From a virus, in the IMG/VR virus record IMGVR_UViG_3300042881_003464, positions 32,001-96,000 of that record: DNA of 64,000 nucleotides; one strand, written 5' to 3'. Every line of letters begins with the position of its first letter. Positions within the stretch are counted from its first letter, which is position 1. Of this stretch, positions 9,620 through 19,391 are shown in pieces. A model generated the notes under the pieces. It was given only the letters and a program-made list of their open reading frames with translations, made no database searches and was not told the origin of the DNA. A program made the position numbers and the translations under genes.

Positions 9620-10996
9620 ATGCCCAGATTAAGCCTATACCGCCCAAATCGCACCCGCGACTATCAGTTTTTGGACCGAACCATTTCGGAACAATACACC
9701 GTGGGCGGACTAGATATCTACCTACACAAGTATCTAGGCCCCAAGGTTACGGGCGATAGTTCAACAGACACTCAGCACGATGCTACCATGCCAAACTACG
9801 CAGGGGAAAGCCCGCTGTTTATTCAAGATCTGCTGTTGTTGGAAAACCGCGACAGAGCCTATGATCCAGATGTGTATGTGATGCGAGGAGTCTATCGCGC
9901 TCAAGACATTGATTTTGATCTAACCCAGTTTGGTTTGTTTTTAAACAATGACACACTGTTTGTGACTTTTCATTACAATGACATGATTGACAGTTTGGGT
10001 CGCAAGATCATGAACGGTGACGTACTGGAAGTGCCAAATCTACGTGATTACCATCCACTGGATTCAAACATTCCACGAGCACTGCCCAAGTTCTACGTGG
10101 TACAGGATGCTGCTTTTGCCAGCGAAGGTTTCAGTCAAACTTGGTTGCCACACCTTTGGCGTGTAAAAGCCACACCCATGGTCAATGCTCAAGAGTATCA
10201 AGACATACTACAACAGCCATTTGAACCAGAAAACGTCTGGGATCCAGGTAATTTTTATCCAGCCGGCAGTATTGTGAACTATGACAATGTTTACTATGTG
10301 GCTCTTAAAAACACACCTGCGGACATAGACATCACAAATACTGAATACTGGGCTGAAAAGAGTCGTATCAACACACTGGCGGATAGTGCTTCAACTCGCA
10401 ACAAAGATCTTGAGATTAATGATGCTATCTTGGTACAGGCCGAAGAAGAAGTACCAAAGAGTGGTTACGATACAGTAAAATTCTACATTCTGCCTACTAA
10501 CCCTGATGGATCGCCTGCTGATCCTAGCACTTATACTGCTGACTACACACAGACTGACGCCAGTCGTACTGTGAGCAATGAAAATCTAACACCAAGAGCA
10601 GATGGTTATACATCAGGTTATCTCACTGGTGATGGTATCGCGCCCAATGGTTTGCCTGTTACGCCCGGAGTTCGTTTTCCTTTACAGGCTGAAGTTGGAC
10701 AGTATTGCCTACGTCTAGATTACTTCCCTAATAGATTGTTTAGATTCAACGGCAGTCGTTGGGTAAAGATCGAAGAGGTTGTACGCACCAACCTTACACC
10801 TGGTGCGGACAACAATACCTTGCGTTCAGGCTTTGTGAACAATACATACACTGTGAACAGCACTGATCTTGGTCCAATACCCAGTAGACAAAGTCTTAGT
10901 CAAGCCCTTAAACCTAGAGCTGATAATGGAGATCAAGGTGGTAATAAAACGCCTAAGCCATATCCGCCTACCAAGCCCGGACAACCATCAAGTTAA
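9620..10996 (+). CDS. gp14: Neck / head closure protein (gp14-like) with inserted carbohydrate-binding-like module
   Basis: LTQFGLF..ND..F, GDVLEVP; position between gp13-like and gp15-like genes; TAAATA at ~9596 and SD GAGGA. Confidence 0.65.
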   Translation: MPRLSLYRPNRTRDYQFLDRTISEQYTVGGLDIYLHKYLGPKVTGDSSTDTQHDATMPNYAGESPLFIQDLLLLENRDRAYDPDVYVMRGVYRAQDIDFDLTQFGLFLNNDTLFVTFHYNDMIDSLGRKIMNGDVLEVPNLRDYHPLDSNIPRALPKFYVVQDAAFASEGFSQTWLPHLWRVKATPMVNAQEYQDILQQPFEPENVWDPGNFYPAGSIVNYDNVYYVALKNTPADIDITNTEYWAEKSRINTLADSASTRNKDLEINDAILVQAEEEVPKSGYDTVKFYILPTNPDGSPADPSTYTADYTQTDASRTVSNENLTPRADGYTSGYLTGDGIAPNGLPVTPGVRFPLQAEVGQYCLRLDYFPNRLFRFNGSRWVKIEEVVRTNLTPGADNNTLRSGFVNNTYTVNSTDLGPIPSRQSLSQALKPRADNGDQGGNKTPKPYPPTKPGQPSS

Positions 10997-10999
10997 CCT

Positions 11000-12448
11000 A
11001 TGCAACAGTTCTTTTATGACGGTCAAATACGCAGATTCTTGTTGCAGTTCACAAGAATTTTTTCAAACTTCCAAGTGGAGTTTGGACAGAATCTAGCAGG
11101 AGTATCACCACCAGATACCTTGTATCGTGTGCCTGTGCGTTATGGTGATTCTAGTCGTAATGCGCAGACCATTATTCAGCAGAACTCTGCAAACAGCATG
11201 CCCAGCACGCCAATCATGACGTTTTACATTTCTAGTCTTGATTATGATCGTGGCAGAATCCAAGAACCAACCTTTGTTGACAAAATCAATGTAAGACAGC
11301 GTTACTACGACACAGACAGTGACACCTATGAGGTCACCCAAGGCAATGCGTTTACGATTGAACGTCTAATGCCTGTGCCCTACAAACTTACTATTACTCT
11401 GGATATCTGGACCAGTAATACCAACCAAAAAATGCAGATACTTGAACAAATACTGACCTTGTTCAATCCTGCTCTAGAAATACAAAGTACAGACAACTAT
11501 ATTGATTGGACCAGTTTGAGTGTGGTTGAACTTGAGTCAGTGTCCTGGAGTTCGCGTACCATTCCCATGGGCACTGAAGATCCTATTGATATCTGTAGTC
11601 TTAGATTTGGTTTGCCAATTTGGATTTCAAGCCCAGCAAAGATCAAAAAACTTGGTGTTGTGGAACGTGTTATTGCCAGCATCTACGATTCACAAGGCGA
11701 TGCTTCCAATGCAGTTATTGACAGCGATCTACTGTTAGGCACTAGAGTCAAGGTCACACCATATAGCTATCAGGTACTGCTGTTGAATGGACAGTTGCAG
11801 ATACTACAACCTCAAGATGTGATATCACAACCTATTACCAGTTTGACCCCACCCGACTCACCAGTGGACGATGAACTAGTATGGCCCAGCGTGATCAACT
11901 TGTATGGCGTACTGCGTCCGGGTATCAGTTATGTAACCTTGGACAATCCTTGGGATCCAGACAGTTACATTGTTGGCACTGTGGCACTTAATCCAGCTGA
12001 TGATAGATTTTTGCTGTTTAACATTGATCCAGATACAGTGCCACAAAACACACTGCCACCAATTGATGCAGTGATCAATCCTTTGAAAAGTGCGCCTGGA
12101 GACGGACTAGATTCCAGCATGACTGGACAACGTTACTTGTTTACCGAGGCCACTGGCAGTGCGGAGAACTACACCACCCGCACGGATCCCTTTGGTGATC
12201 CATATAGTTTTGATGCTAACCCAACTGCCTGGAGAGGTATAAACGGTCAGCCTTTGATTGCCAATGCCAATGATATCGTTGAATTTGATGGTCAACGCTG
12301 GCGTGTGGTATTTGACAGCCAAAGCCTGGCGGATGTACAATACGTGACAAATATCACTACTGGAATACAGTACAAATGGACAGGCGAAGACTGGGTAAAA
12401 AGCTATGATGGATTGTATCCGGGGGGATCGTGGAATCTAATTCTCTAA
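11000..12448 (+). CDS. gp15: Tail sheath stabiliser / terminator (gp15-like)
   Basis: FFYD.QIRR...QF..IFSN, VPVRYG, PVPY.L..LDIW, QILEQILTLFNP. Confidence 0.85.
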   Translation: MQQFFYDGQIRRFLLQFTRIFSNFQVEFGQNLAGVSPPDTLYRVPVRYGDSSRNAQTIIQQNSANSMPSTPIMTFYISSLDYDRGRIQEPTFVDKINVRQRYYDTDSDTYEVTQGNAFTIERLMPVPYKLTITLDIWTSNTNQKMQILEQILTLFNPALEIQSTDNYIDWTSLSVVELESVSWSSRTIPMGTEDPIDICSLRFGLPIWISSPAKIKKLGVVERVIASIYDSQGDASNAVIDSDLLLGTRVKVTPYSYQVLLLNGQLQILQPQDVISQPITSLTPPDSPVDDELVWPSVINLYGVLRPGISYVTLDNPWDPDSYIVGTVALNPADDRFLLFNIDPDTVPQNTLPPIDAVINPLKSAPGDGLDSSMTGQRYLFTEATGSAENYTTRTDPFGDPYSFDANPTAWRGINGQPLIANANDIVEFDGQRWRVVFDSQSLADVQYVTNITTGIQYKWTGEDWVKSYDGLYPGGSWNLIL

Positions 12449-12927
12449 ACGCAGTTGGTGTGTTGTTTTTCAGCGTACACACACGCCGATATCTATATGT
12501 TATGCGTAATGATGTGCGCCATCCCAACACCTGGGGACTGCCTGGTGGCAAATGCGATGCAGGCGAAAGTCTGTTAGACACCATACATCGTGAATGTAAA
12601 GAAGAACTTAATCTAGATTTTGTAAACGCAAAATTTTTACCGCTTGAGAAATGGACATCGGGGGATCAAAGTTTTAGCTATCACACTTTTTTCTGTCAAG
12701 TTGATCAAGAATTTGTACCAGTGCTCAATGACGAGCATCTAGGTTATGCTTGGATAGATAGTGGAATATGGCCTAAGCCCATGCACCCAGGTCTTTGGAA
12801 CACCATGCACATGCAGGCTATTCAAGAAAAAATTGCTACACTAGAAGAAAACTTAGAGTCTACCAACTACTACGTTGATGACTCCCGTCCCTCCCTGGGA
12901 TTCCTCCAAAGCCTTGCCAATAACTGA
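12430..12927 (+). CDS. Nudix hydrolase
   Basis: Nudix box GGKCDAGESLLDTIHRECKEEL; EHLGYAW. Confidence 0.9.
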   Translation: MESNSLNAVGVLFFSVHTRRYLYVMRNDVRHPNTWGLPGGKCDAGESLLDTIHRECKEELNLDFVNAKFLPLEKWTSGDQSFSYHTFFCQVDQEFVPVLNDEHLGYAWIDSGIWPKPMHPGLWNTMHMQAIQEKIATLEENLESTNYYVDDSRPSLGFLQSLANN

Positions 12928-13866
12928 TCCAATACTGGGATTGGCGTCGGCTCTAGCATAACCATTGCCTGCGCTGACCATTAGATCACCTTTGCTCACC
13001 GGACCAATGACCTTGGTTGGCACTTTGCCCATCAAGGCCACAGGAGTGGCATTTGGCGCATCCATAACAGAGTTCATGATATAAGCGGGATCAGTAGACA
13101 CTACTCCTGCTACTCTACGATCACTGTCAACTACGCTGATAGTGACATCATTGGGTCCACCAAAACTCAAAACAGTACCAGGTTCGTAATATTCATCAGC
13201 TTGATACATCTCTGCCAAGTCAGCGTACTGTGCTGATGTGGCCTTGACAAACGCAGTGTTAAAGTAACCAGAACTGCTGCCAATGTTTCCCACAGCATTA
13301 CTGCCACCATTTATAATAGCAGATACAGCATTGTTAGAGTTCACTGTTAGAACTCCAGCTGTGGTTAGATTGCCGCCTGTGATGTTGCCTGTGATCTCAG
13401 CAAGACCTCCAGCATAGATATTGCCCGCAATGCCAGCACCGCCTGAAACTCTCAAGGCGCCTGAAGTTGTGCTGGTGCTGTTTGTGGTTGCAGCTACCAG
13501 TGCTGAATTTACATTAGCCAACCCTGTCACAGTAATATTACCGCCTGTGATATTACCTGTCACACTGGCAATGCCAGTGGTTATTAAGTTTCCACCTGTG
13601 ACATTTGCAGTGGCAGTGACATTACCACCTGTAATATTACCTGTGATGCTGACCAAGCCCACGCCCTGTATAGTAGGGGATGTGAGTGTTTTGTTGGTCA
13701 AAGTTTGCGCACCATCTGTGCTGACCAACGCTGTCCCCCCTGCGGTGGTACCGTCATGTACCCGCACAGTGTTGATAGTTGTATCAACTGTGATTTCGCC
13801 CACAGCACCTGTAAAAGCGTTGTTTTGCGAAGTTGTTCCACGTCTAAGTTGTACTTGTATGGCCAT
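12853..13866 (-). CDS. Tail fibre protein (Mtd-like N-terminus, C-terminal chaperone-like domain)
   Basis: IQVQLRRGT..GEITVDT..HDGTTAGG N-terminus; GNITGGN repeats; YADLAE..GVVSTDPAY..KGDL..IGKALE C-terminus. Confidence 0.75.
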   Translation of the reverse strand: MAIQVQLRRGTTSQNNAFTGAVGEITVDTTINTVRVHDGTTAGGTALVSTDGAQTLTNKTLTSPTIQGVGLVSITGNITGGNVTATANVTGGNLITTGIASVTGNITGGNITVTGLANVNSALVAATTNSTSTTSGALRVSGGAGIAGNIYAGGLAEITGNITGGNLTTAGVLTVNSNNAVSAIINGGSNAVGNIGSSSGYFNTAFVKATSAQYADLAEMYQADEYYEPGTVLSFGGPNDVTISVVDSDRRVAGVVSTDPAYIMNSVMDAPNATPVALMGKVPTKVIGPVSKGDLMVSAGNGYARADANPSIGSVIGKALEESQGGTGVINVVVGRL

Positions 13867-13896
13867 TTGATCGTTCCTGTTAGATATTTAGTTTGG

Positions 13897-14202
13897 TTAG
13901 GAATTATCAGGTTTTGGGTACTTGGCTTTGATAGCGGCTATCTGTGTGTGCCAAGCATCAAATCCACCGTGAAACAGGGTATCCAGCTGATCTTCTATTT
14001 TTGGGTATTCTGCTCGACGCTGTCTAGCATAGTTTTGGTCATCGTAGAGTTTTTTGAGTCTAGCCATTTCAGCTTCACACTCAGCGCGACTTGGGGCTGG
14101 GCTGGAATCTCGCCAGTCAAGTCCTACATAATCGTCCCCGGTTAGAGCCCACTGCGCTCCAGGACGCAAACTCAATAGAGCTGCTGCTAAATCATATGCC
14201 AT
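13897..14202 (-). CDS. Small tail-fibre-associated/chaperone protein
   Basis: LRPGAQW..W.D..P; YARQRRAEYP.I.DQLD.L..IKAKYPKP; located in the fibre cluster. Confidence 0.65.
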   Translation of the reverse strand: MAYDLAAALLSLRPGAQWALTGDDYVGLDWRDSSPAPSRAECEAEMARLKKLYDDQNYARQRRAEYPKIEDQLDTLFHGGFDAWHTQIAAIKAKYPKPDNS

Positions 14203-14203
14203 T

Positions 14204-14776
14204 TTAATCTCCTAATCTTTCTACAAAATAATCAACCATGCGTCCAATGTCACCTGTGGTGTTGCCGCACAGTGCTGAATAGTTGGTCCATCCTGGATTA
14301 CCACCACTAAAATCACTGGTAACAGTTTTACCAGCTGTTGACCATTGTTGCAGTTGATAGGTAGCGGAAGTGCTGTCAACTGTGTAAACAATACTGTAGT
14401 TTTCATTATGGCTGTCTTCGCTACCAGTTCTTGCACTGACTCCCACTGCCACACTGTTTCCTGCCTTGGTCACTGCTAACACTGTCCATACGTCTCCACC
14501 ACTGGCTTGCCTATAAGCTGTGTACACTCTATAGGTACCAGTGTAGGCATGTGTCCAGGTTGATGTAGCAGTGTTTACTGTTATATTTTGGCTTGGTCCA
14601 GCATTATTAAACAACATCTGTGTGCCTGTGCTACCAGTACTAGAAATAGTCAATGTAACTGCTGCATCATTCACAGCATAGTACATACTGGCATAGGCGG
14701 TACGACCAATGTTTTGTGTTGGTATGGTAAAATTACCCGTTGTGGTAGCTAGGTTGTTTACTCTTAGTGTGCTCAT
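14204..14776 (-). CDS. Putative tail-fibre / receptor-binding protein
   Basis: MSTLRVNNL N-terminus shared with neighbours; beta-rich. Confidence 0.55.
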   Translation of the reverse strand: MSTLRVNNLATTTGNFTIPTQNIGRTAYASMYYAVNDAAVTLTISSTGSTGTQMLFNNAGPSQNITVNTATSTWTHAYTGTYRVYTAYRQASGGDVWTVLAVTKAGNSVAVGVSARTGSEDSHNENYSIVYTVDSTSATYQLQQWSTAGKTVTSDFSGGNPGWTNYSALCGNTTGDIGRMVDYFVERLGD

Positions 14777-15294
14777 GCTACTACCTCTATTAAAGTAACT
14801 GTGCTTATTCCTCTTTTACCTGTGGTGTTATCTGCATCACTTACACTGCGATTGATATAGATCGCATTGGTATTGTCATTGTTTACGTAAAACTGATAGG
14901 TCAGCTGACTGGTTGTGTTTGGGGAATCAAGGTATGAATAAACAAAGGTGTTTGATTGATTACTATCAGAAGCCAGTGCCATGCCCATGGAAACTCGCTG
15001 CCTGCTGCCTGCGCCATCACCTAGACCAATATTAGTCGTTCCTCTCTTGAACCAACCACCATATGTAGTGCCAGTAGATGAATACATTATGTGACCTAGA
15101 ATTAAGATCTTGTTTGTAGATGCTGTGGGAGTTATATTAGCAGCCAAACCTGTTACCAGTAGTTCTGTGCCGTTAGCAGCAGCCACAAAAGTATCAGTTT
15201 TCACTGTTTGAACCACTTGTAGAATACTGCCGGTGGTTTGCAGTATGGTCTTGCCAGTTAAACTTTGCACTTGATTCAGCAGTAAAGTGCTCAT
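14773..15294 (-). CDS. Putative tail-fibre tip protein (paralog family)
   Basis: GSILQVVQT..ITP...NKILI..YLDSP.TT...Y..STVTLIEV. Confidence 0.6.
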   Translation of the reverse strand: MSTLLLNQVQSLTGKTILQTTGSILQVVQTVKTDTFVAAANGTELLVTGLAANITPTASTNKILILGHIMYSSTGTTYGGWFKRGTTNIGLGDGAGSRQRVSMGMALASDSNQSNTFVYSYLDSPNTTSQLTYQFYVNNDNTNAIYINRSVSDADNTTGKRGISTVTLIEVVA

Positions 15295-15866
15295 TGTTCT
15301 ATCTCCATTATTGTTCCTGTGCTAACTTGATATTCATGCGAATCACCTTGGTTTAAACTTCTATTTAAGTTAAATGTGAACTGTGACCCGTTTGCGGATC
15401 TTATGGCAGGAGTATAGGTCCTAGCCGCAGTAGATCCTGAAATTTCGCTGTATAGAATATACCAGTTTTGCGGAGTGCTACCATCATCACCGTCATACAT
15501 AGACGGCACATATCCGCTCCAACGCTGATTACCTGCTTGACTGTTGTAACCCTGATAACCAGCGGTAGTGATCAAACTGTCATTTTTGTGTATTACCCAA
15601 ACATTATCGTTGTTTACTTCGCCGCATATCATCCATTCTATGATCAACAAACTATTTGCATATACAGGAGTAAACGGCATAGCCAATGGGCCAATTAGTG
15701 TGCCATCACCCGAGGGAAATGAGCTATAGGAACTTACAGCATCAGCCCGAGTCAGAGTAGTTTGAATTATTCTACCTGGAAAACTAAACACCGAACCGTT
15801 GTTCATGGTAATAACGTTGCCGTTGTTAGCAGGGCCTTGAATTTGATTTACTGCCACTGTGCTCAT
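15291..15866 (-). CDS. Putative tail-fibre tip protein (paralog family)
   Basis: Visibly paralogous to 15863-16447 and to the C-terminus of 16444-17982. Confidence 0.6.
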   Translation of the reverse strand: MSTVAVNQIQGPANNGNVITMNNGSVFSFPGRIIQTTLTRADAVSSYSSFPSGDGTLIGPLAMPFTPVYANSLLIIEWMICGEVNNDNVWVIHKNDSLITTAGYQGYNSQAGNQRWSGYVPSMYDGDDGSTPQNWYILYSEISGSTAARTYTPAIRSANGSQFTFNLNRSLNQGDSHEYQVSTGTIMEIEQ

Positions 15867-16447
15867 GGTACTATCTCCATTACTATACCGTTACTAACAG
15901 CGTTCTCTTGATTGTCTTGGCCGGCACTAGCAGCTACCCTGTTGAAGAAAAATGTATAGGCAGCCCCATTTTCACTGGATCTCACCGCAGGTGCATAGGT
16001 TCTTGAATTAGTATTACTTGGCCTAATATAATATTGAATCCAATACATGGTGCCGGTACTGTCAGTGTTGTTGTCATACCAAGATGTAACATATCCACTT
16101 TGCAGATTCACGTTGCCAACCACATTGTTAAATCCTTGATAGCCTGAATCTGTGATCAATGCACCGTCGCGATGGATCAAAAAGTTTACGTTATGATTGC
16201 TTTCACCTGCAATGCTCCAACGAAACAGCAGATAGTTGTTGGCACTTTTTGGAGCAATGGTTAGATTCAAATCAGTTATGGTTGTACCTATACCCGAGTT
16301 GGGAGCGGAGTAAGTGGTAATTACGTCCGACCGTGCCGTGCGCACTTGTATCACTGATCCACCGGGTCTAATGTTTGTAGCTGAAGGAACTGAGATGGCT
16401 GTCTGTCCGTACACAGGTGACACATTGCCTACAATAATCTTGCTCAC
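15863..16447 (-). CDS. Putative tail-fibre tip protein (paralog family)
   Basis: GSVIQV..W.I.GE..GYQG.N..RTY.PA..NR..S.G.VMEI. Confidence 0.6.
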   Translation of the reverse strand: MSKIIVGNVSPVYGQTAISVPSATNIRPGGSVIQVRTARSDVITTYSAPNSGIGTTITDLNLTIAPKSANNYLLFRWSIAGESNHNVNFLIHRDGALITDSGYQGFNNVVGNVNLQSGYVTSWYDNNTDSTGTMYWIQYYIRPSNTNSRTYAPAVRSSENGAAYTFFFNRVAASAGQDNQENAVSNGIVMEIVP

Positions 16448-17982
16448 TGTGCAATCTCCATTACGTAGCCTGCGCTGACTGAGACTTCGTATGAATCTTG
16501 TCCGCTGCTACCATAGGTTCTGTTAAGACAAAAACTTGTGCTGCCGGCATTGGCTATTGCAATGGCAGGTTGATAGGTTCTAGTTTGAATACCATATGCT
16601 GGTATCAAATATTGAATACATAGGTTAGACATTGTAGAGTTATCGTCTCCTCGATCGTATCTTGACATAGCATAACCTGCAAAGTTAGCCAGTCCTTTTT
16701 GATTGTTAGTACCTTCAAAACCTGGTTGCACAATTACCTGTCCGTCTTGAAAAATTCGCCAGACCGTATCGTGATTTACTTCGCCGTTTATCATCCAACG
16801 ACACAAAATCAAACTAGTAGGACTTTTAGGAGTAATAGTAAGGCCAAGTTCACCTATGGCAGTGCCAGGACCGGCCGGTACGGAATAAACTGTTCTATTG
16901 TCTGTTCTAATATACTTGACCTGTATGATAGTTCCCGGCACAGCCACCACACCACCGTTGTCTACAGGAATCTTCTGATCTTCAGCGGTTAAAGGATATC
17001 GTACAACCACAATACCGGAACCACCGTTACCACCTTGGTTGTTGGCATTGTAATGGCTTCCGCCACCACCACCTCCGCCGGTGTTTGTGCCTCCATTGCC
17101 GCCCGGAGTATTGGTCTGCGAGCCAGTGCTGCCTCCACCGCCCGGACTGCCATTGTTGTATCCCAGTCCGCCTGAAGTGGTTCCTACTGCTCCGCCGCCA
17201 CCGCCGCCTATGCCACCGTTACCGCCATTGATACTGTATCCCGAACCACCTCCACCACCGCCCCAGTAGTAACCAACGCCAAGAATGTCACTGTATTTTC
17301 CAGGTCCACCATCGCTGAAAAAAGTGGAAGGAATACCAGCACCACCTGCACCACCACCGCCGCCACTGTAATACTGTCCGCCACCTTGGCCACCTGCATA
17401 GCCTTGTCCAGCAGTACCAGCACCACCAGATCTTGTGCCACCGTCACTGTATCCGCTGGCGCCACCACCTGAACCACCACTGTTGCCTGTGGGTCCTGGT
17501 GTGTATTGATAGTAGCTGCTGCCGCCGGCTCCTCCGCCCACAGCGGTTAGACCAAAAATTGAAGAATTGCTGCCATTGTAGGCCGGTTGTGTGAATTGAT
17601 GTGCGGTAGGCTGTCCTGATGTTCTTCCTGCAGGCCATTGACCTCCGCCAGGCGCACCTTGACCGCCTGCACCCACAACCACCATGTAGTCGCCGCGACT
17701 CACGGTAAACTTGCCTGTGAGAACTCCGCCTCCTCCACCACCACCGCCCATGTCCATACCACCGCCACCACCACCACCAACAATTAGGTAGTCAACTATG
17801 CCATTGGTTCCTGGACTGTTCACACTAAACCTACCATTAGCAGTAAAAATTTGAACTTGATACTGCACGCCATTTACAGTTATGGTATTGGTAATATCAC
17901 CGCCGTGAGCGTTTACAGGCACAAATGAGCTGGCTGCTGTGGTGTTTGCTTGTATGTTTCCAACTGTGAGTATGCTAGGCAT
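16444..17982 (-). CDS. Glycine-rich adhesin-like virion protein
   Basis: YLIVGGGGGGG..GGGGGGG, GTNTGGGGGG, GGSGIVVVRY Gly-rich domain fused to the paralog-family domain. Confidence 0.7.
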   Translation of the reverse strand: MPSILTVGNIQANTTAASSFVPVNAHGGDITNTITVNGVQYQVQIFTANGRFSVNSPGTNGIVDYLIVGGGGGGGMDMGGGGGGGGVLTGKFTVSRGDYMVVVGAGGQGAPGGGQWPAGRTSGQPTAHQFTQPAYNGSNSSIFGLTAVGGGAGGSSYYQYTPGPTGNSGGSGGGASGYSDGGTRSGGAGTAGQGYAGGQGGGQYYSGGGGGAGGAGIPSTFFSDGGPGKYSDILGVGYYWGGGGGGSGYSINGGNGGIGGGGGGAVGTTSGGLGYNNGSPGGGGSTGSQTNTPGGNGGTNTGGGGGGGSHYNANNQGGNGGSGIVVVRYPLTAEDQKIPVDNGGVVAVPGTIIQVKYIRTDNRTVYSVPAGPGTAIGELGLTITPKSPTSLILCRWMINGEVNHDTVWRIFQDGQVIVQPGFEGTNNQKGLANFAGYAMSRYDRGDDNSTMSNLCIQYLIPAYGIQTRTYQPAIAIANAGSTSFCLNRTYGSSGQDSYEVSVSAGYVMEIAQ

Positions 17983-18753
17983 TTAGGCTATGGTCCAAAA
18001 AGCTCCGCTGGCCACGGTCACAGTGACATTACTGTTAATAGTCACAGGCCCTGCACTGAAGTTGTTGTAGCTAGTGGGCAAGGTAGTGTTCACGGTGATA
18101 TTAGCAGGATTCTGTTGATATCCAGATGTGTTTAAGAATTGTCCTGGAGTAGTGCCATCAGCACCATAAACGCCCATGGCGTTGCCCCCGGTATCTCTCA
18201 ATACCACATTGCCAAGAATTATGGTATTGCCAGCCATCCAAAGATTAGCCCATCGCAACGAGCTACTGCCAAGACTGTAGACATTGTCAGCGATGGGAAC
18301 AAAATTAGCCTTGAGAGTGGTATCCCCGTTTGAAAACACCGCAACATTTGAATTACCTGCGACAGAAATAGCAATGTTGCCATTGGCTGTGGTCACTGCC
18401 ACGTTGGAATTTCCGCTGACTATGTTGCTTACAGTAACGGCCACTCCTGTAATACAGGCACCGTTTCCCAAGAGAAAATTAGCTGATACGTTGCCAGTGG
18501 CAGTAATATTACCAAGTGAGCTTACCTGATTAGCATTTAACCAATCACCTGTGACGTTGCCAGTGGCAGTTACTGTGCCGGATGCAGTGATTGATGTAAA
18601 CGCTCCGGTGTTGGCCTGTACATTACCGATTGGAGTGTTGTTGATTGATGATGTGGCCAACAATGCCCAGGCACTGCCGTTGTACTGCCAGGTTCTGTTG
18701 TTATATGTATAAAGGTCACCAACTAAGGGCGAGCTAGGAAAATCTAATGGCAT
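17983..18753 (-). CDS. Putative tail-fibre protein
   Basis: LDFPSSP..G..Y..W.YNG.AW N-terminus; GN repeats. Confidence 0.65.
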   Translation of the reverse strand: MPLDFPSSPLVGDLYTYNNRTWQYNGSAWALLATSSINNTPIGNVQANTGAFTSITASGTVTATGNVTGDWLNANQVSSLGNITATGNVSANFLLGNGACITGVAVTVSNIVSGNSNVAVTTANGNIAISVAGNSNVAVFSNGDTTLKANFVPIADNVYSLGSSSLRWANLWMAGNTIILGNVVLRDTGGNAMGVYGADGTTPGQFLNTSGYQQNPANITVNTTLPTSYNNFSAGPVTINSNVTVTVASGAFWTIA

Positions 18754-18778
18754 AGTTCTAGTCTTTCTCCGATGTAGT

Positions 18779-19018
18779 TCACAAAGAGTTTACCTCTTGT
18801 GCTTGCTGGGTTTCTTGTGATTTTTCATCAGGTCCCCATTTTCCAACTGGACAACTGGCTCTTGCCAAAGTGGTTTTCATTGGCATATAGCAACTGCATT
18901 TTTGACAGCGTTCTGATCCAAGCCAATTTAACTTTTTGTCAGGCATTCCATAGAACTCGCATGATTCACAAATGGTCATGCGTGCTGCGCTGACTGTTTT
19001 ATCTACTAAGATATGCAT
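18779..19018 (-). CDS. Small Cys-rich protein (DUF6171-like)
   Basis: R..IC..C, C..C.C.M..KT....SCP.GKW. Confidence 0.65.
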   Translation of the reverse strand: MHILVDKTVSAARMTICESCEFYGMPDKKLNWLGSERCQKCSCYMPMKTTLARASCPVGKWGPDEKSQETQQAQEVNSL

Positions 19019-19391
19019 TCAAAACCTCTTGATCGATTTCACCGTCCCCGGGCACTGCCATGGGTAACCATGTTGTCATTTGTTGTTCATTGTTAACAAT
19101 TCTAGCGTTTCGTAACACCGTACCATCAATGCTGTCCTTGACATGGCGTAAAAACTCTGGATCAAGTCTGTCAAACAACCATTGAGTTAAGAGATCTTTG
19201 GTTACCTGTTCAACTGGCACAAAATTTGGTTGATTAGGATCATGTTCAAGAGGTGTGGTACCTGCCACCGATGCATAGACTCCATTGGGATTTTTCCCCG
19301 TATAAACCCATGAAATATCACGAATCACCCATTTGGTGCCTTGATCAATCACAGTTAAATTAAAACCAGTTATGTTAAACTTGTAAATCAT
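18999..19391 (-). CDS. Hypothetical protein (fibre-associated)
   Basis: 130-aa ORF coupled to both neighbours. Confidence 0.65.
   Translation of the reverse strand: MIYKFNITGFNLTVIDQGTKWVIRDISWVYTGKNPNGVYASVAGTTPLEHDPNQPNFVPVEQVTKDLLTQWLFDRLDPEFLRHVKDSIDGTVLRNARIVNNEQQMTTWLPMAVPGDGEIDQEVLNAYLSR

Noticed and set aside
12853-17982. Diversity-generating retroelement (Mtd-like protein, paralogous tips)
   Set aside because: No reverse transcriptase and no TR/VR pair differing at adenines was seen in the window.
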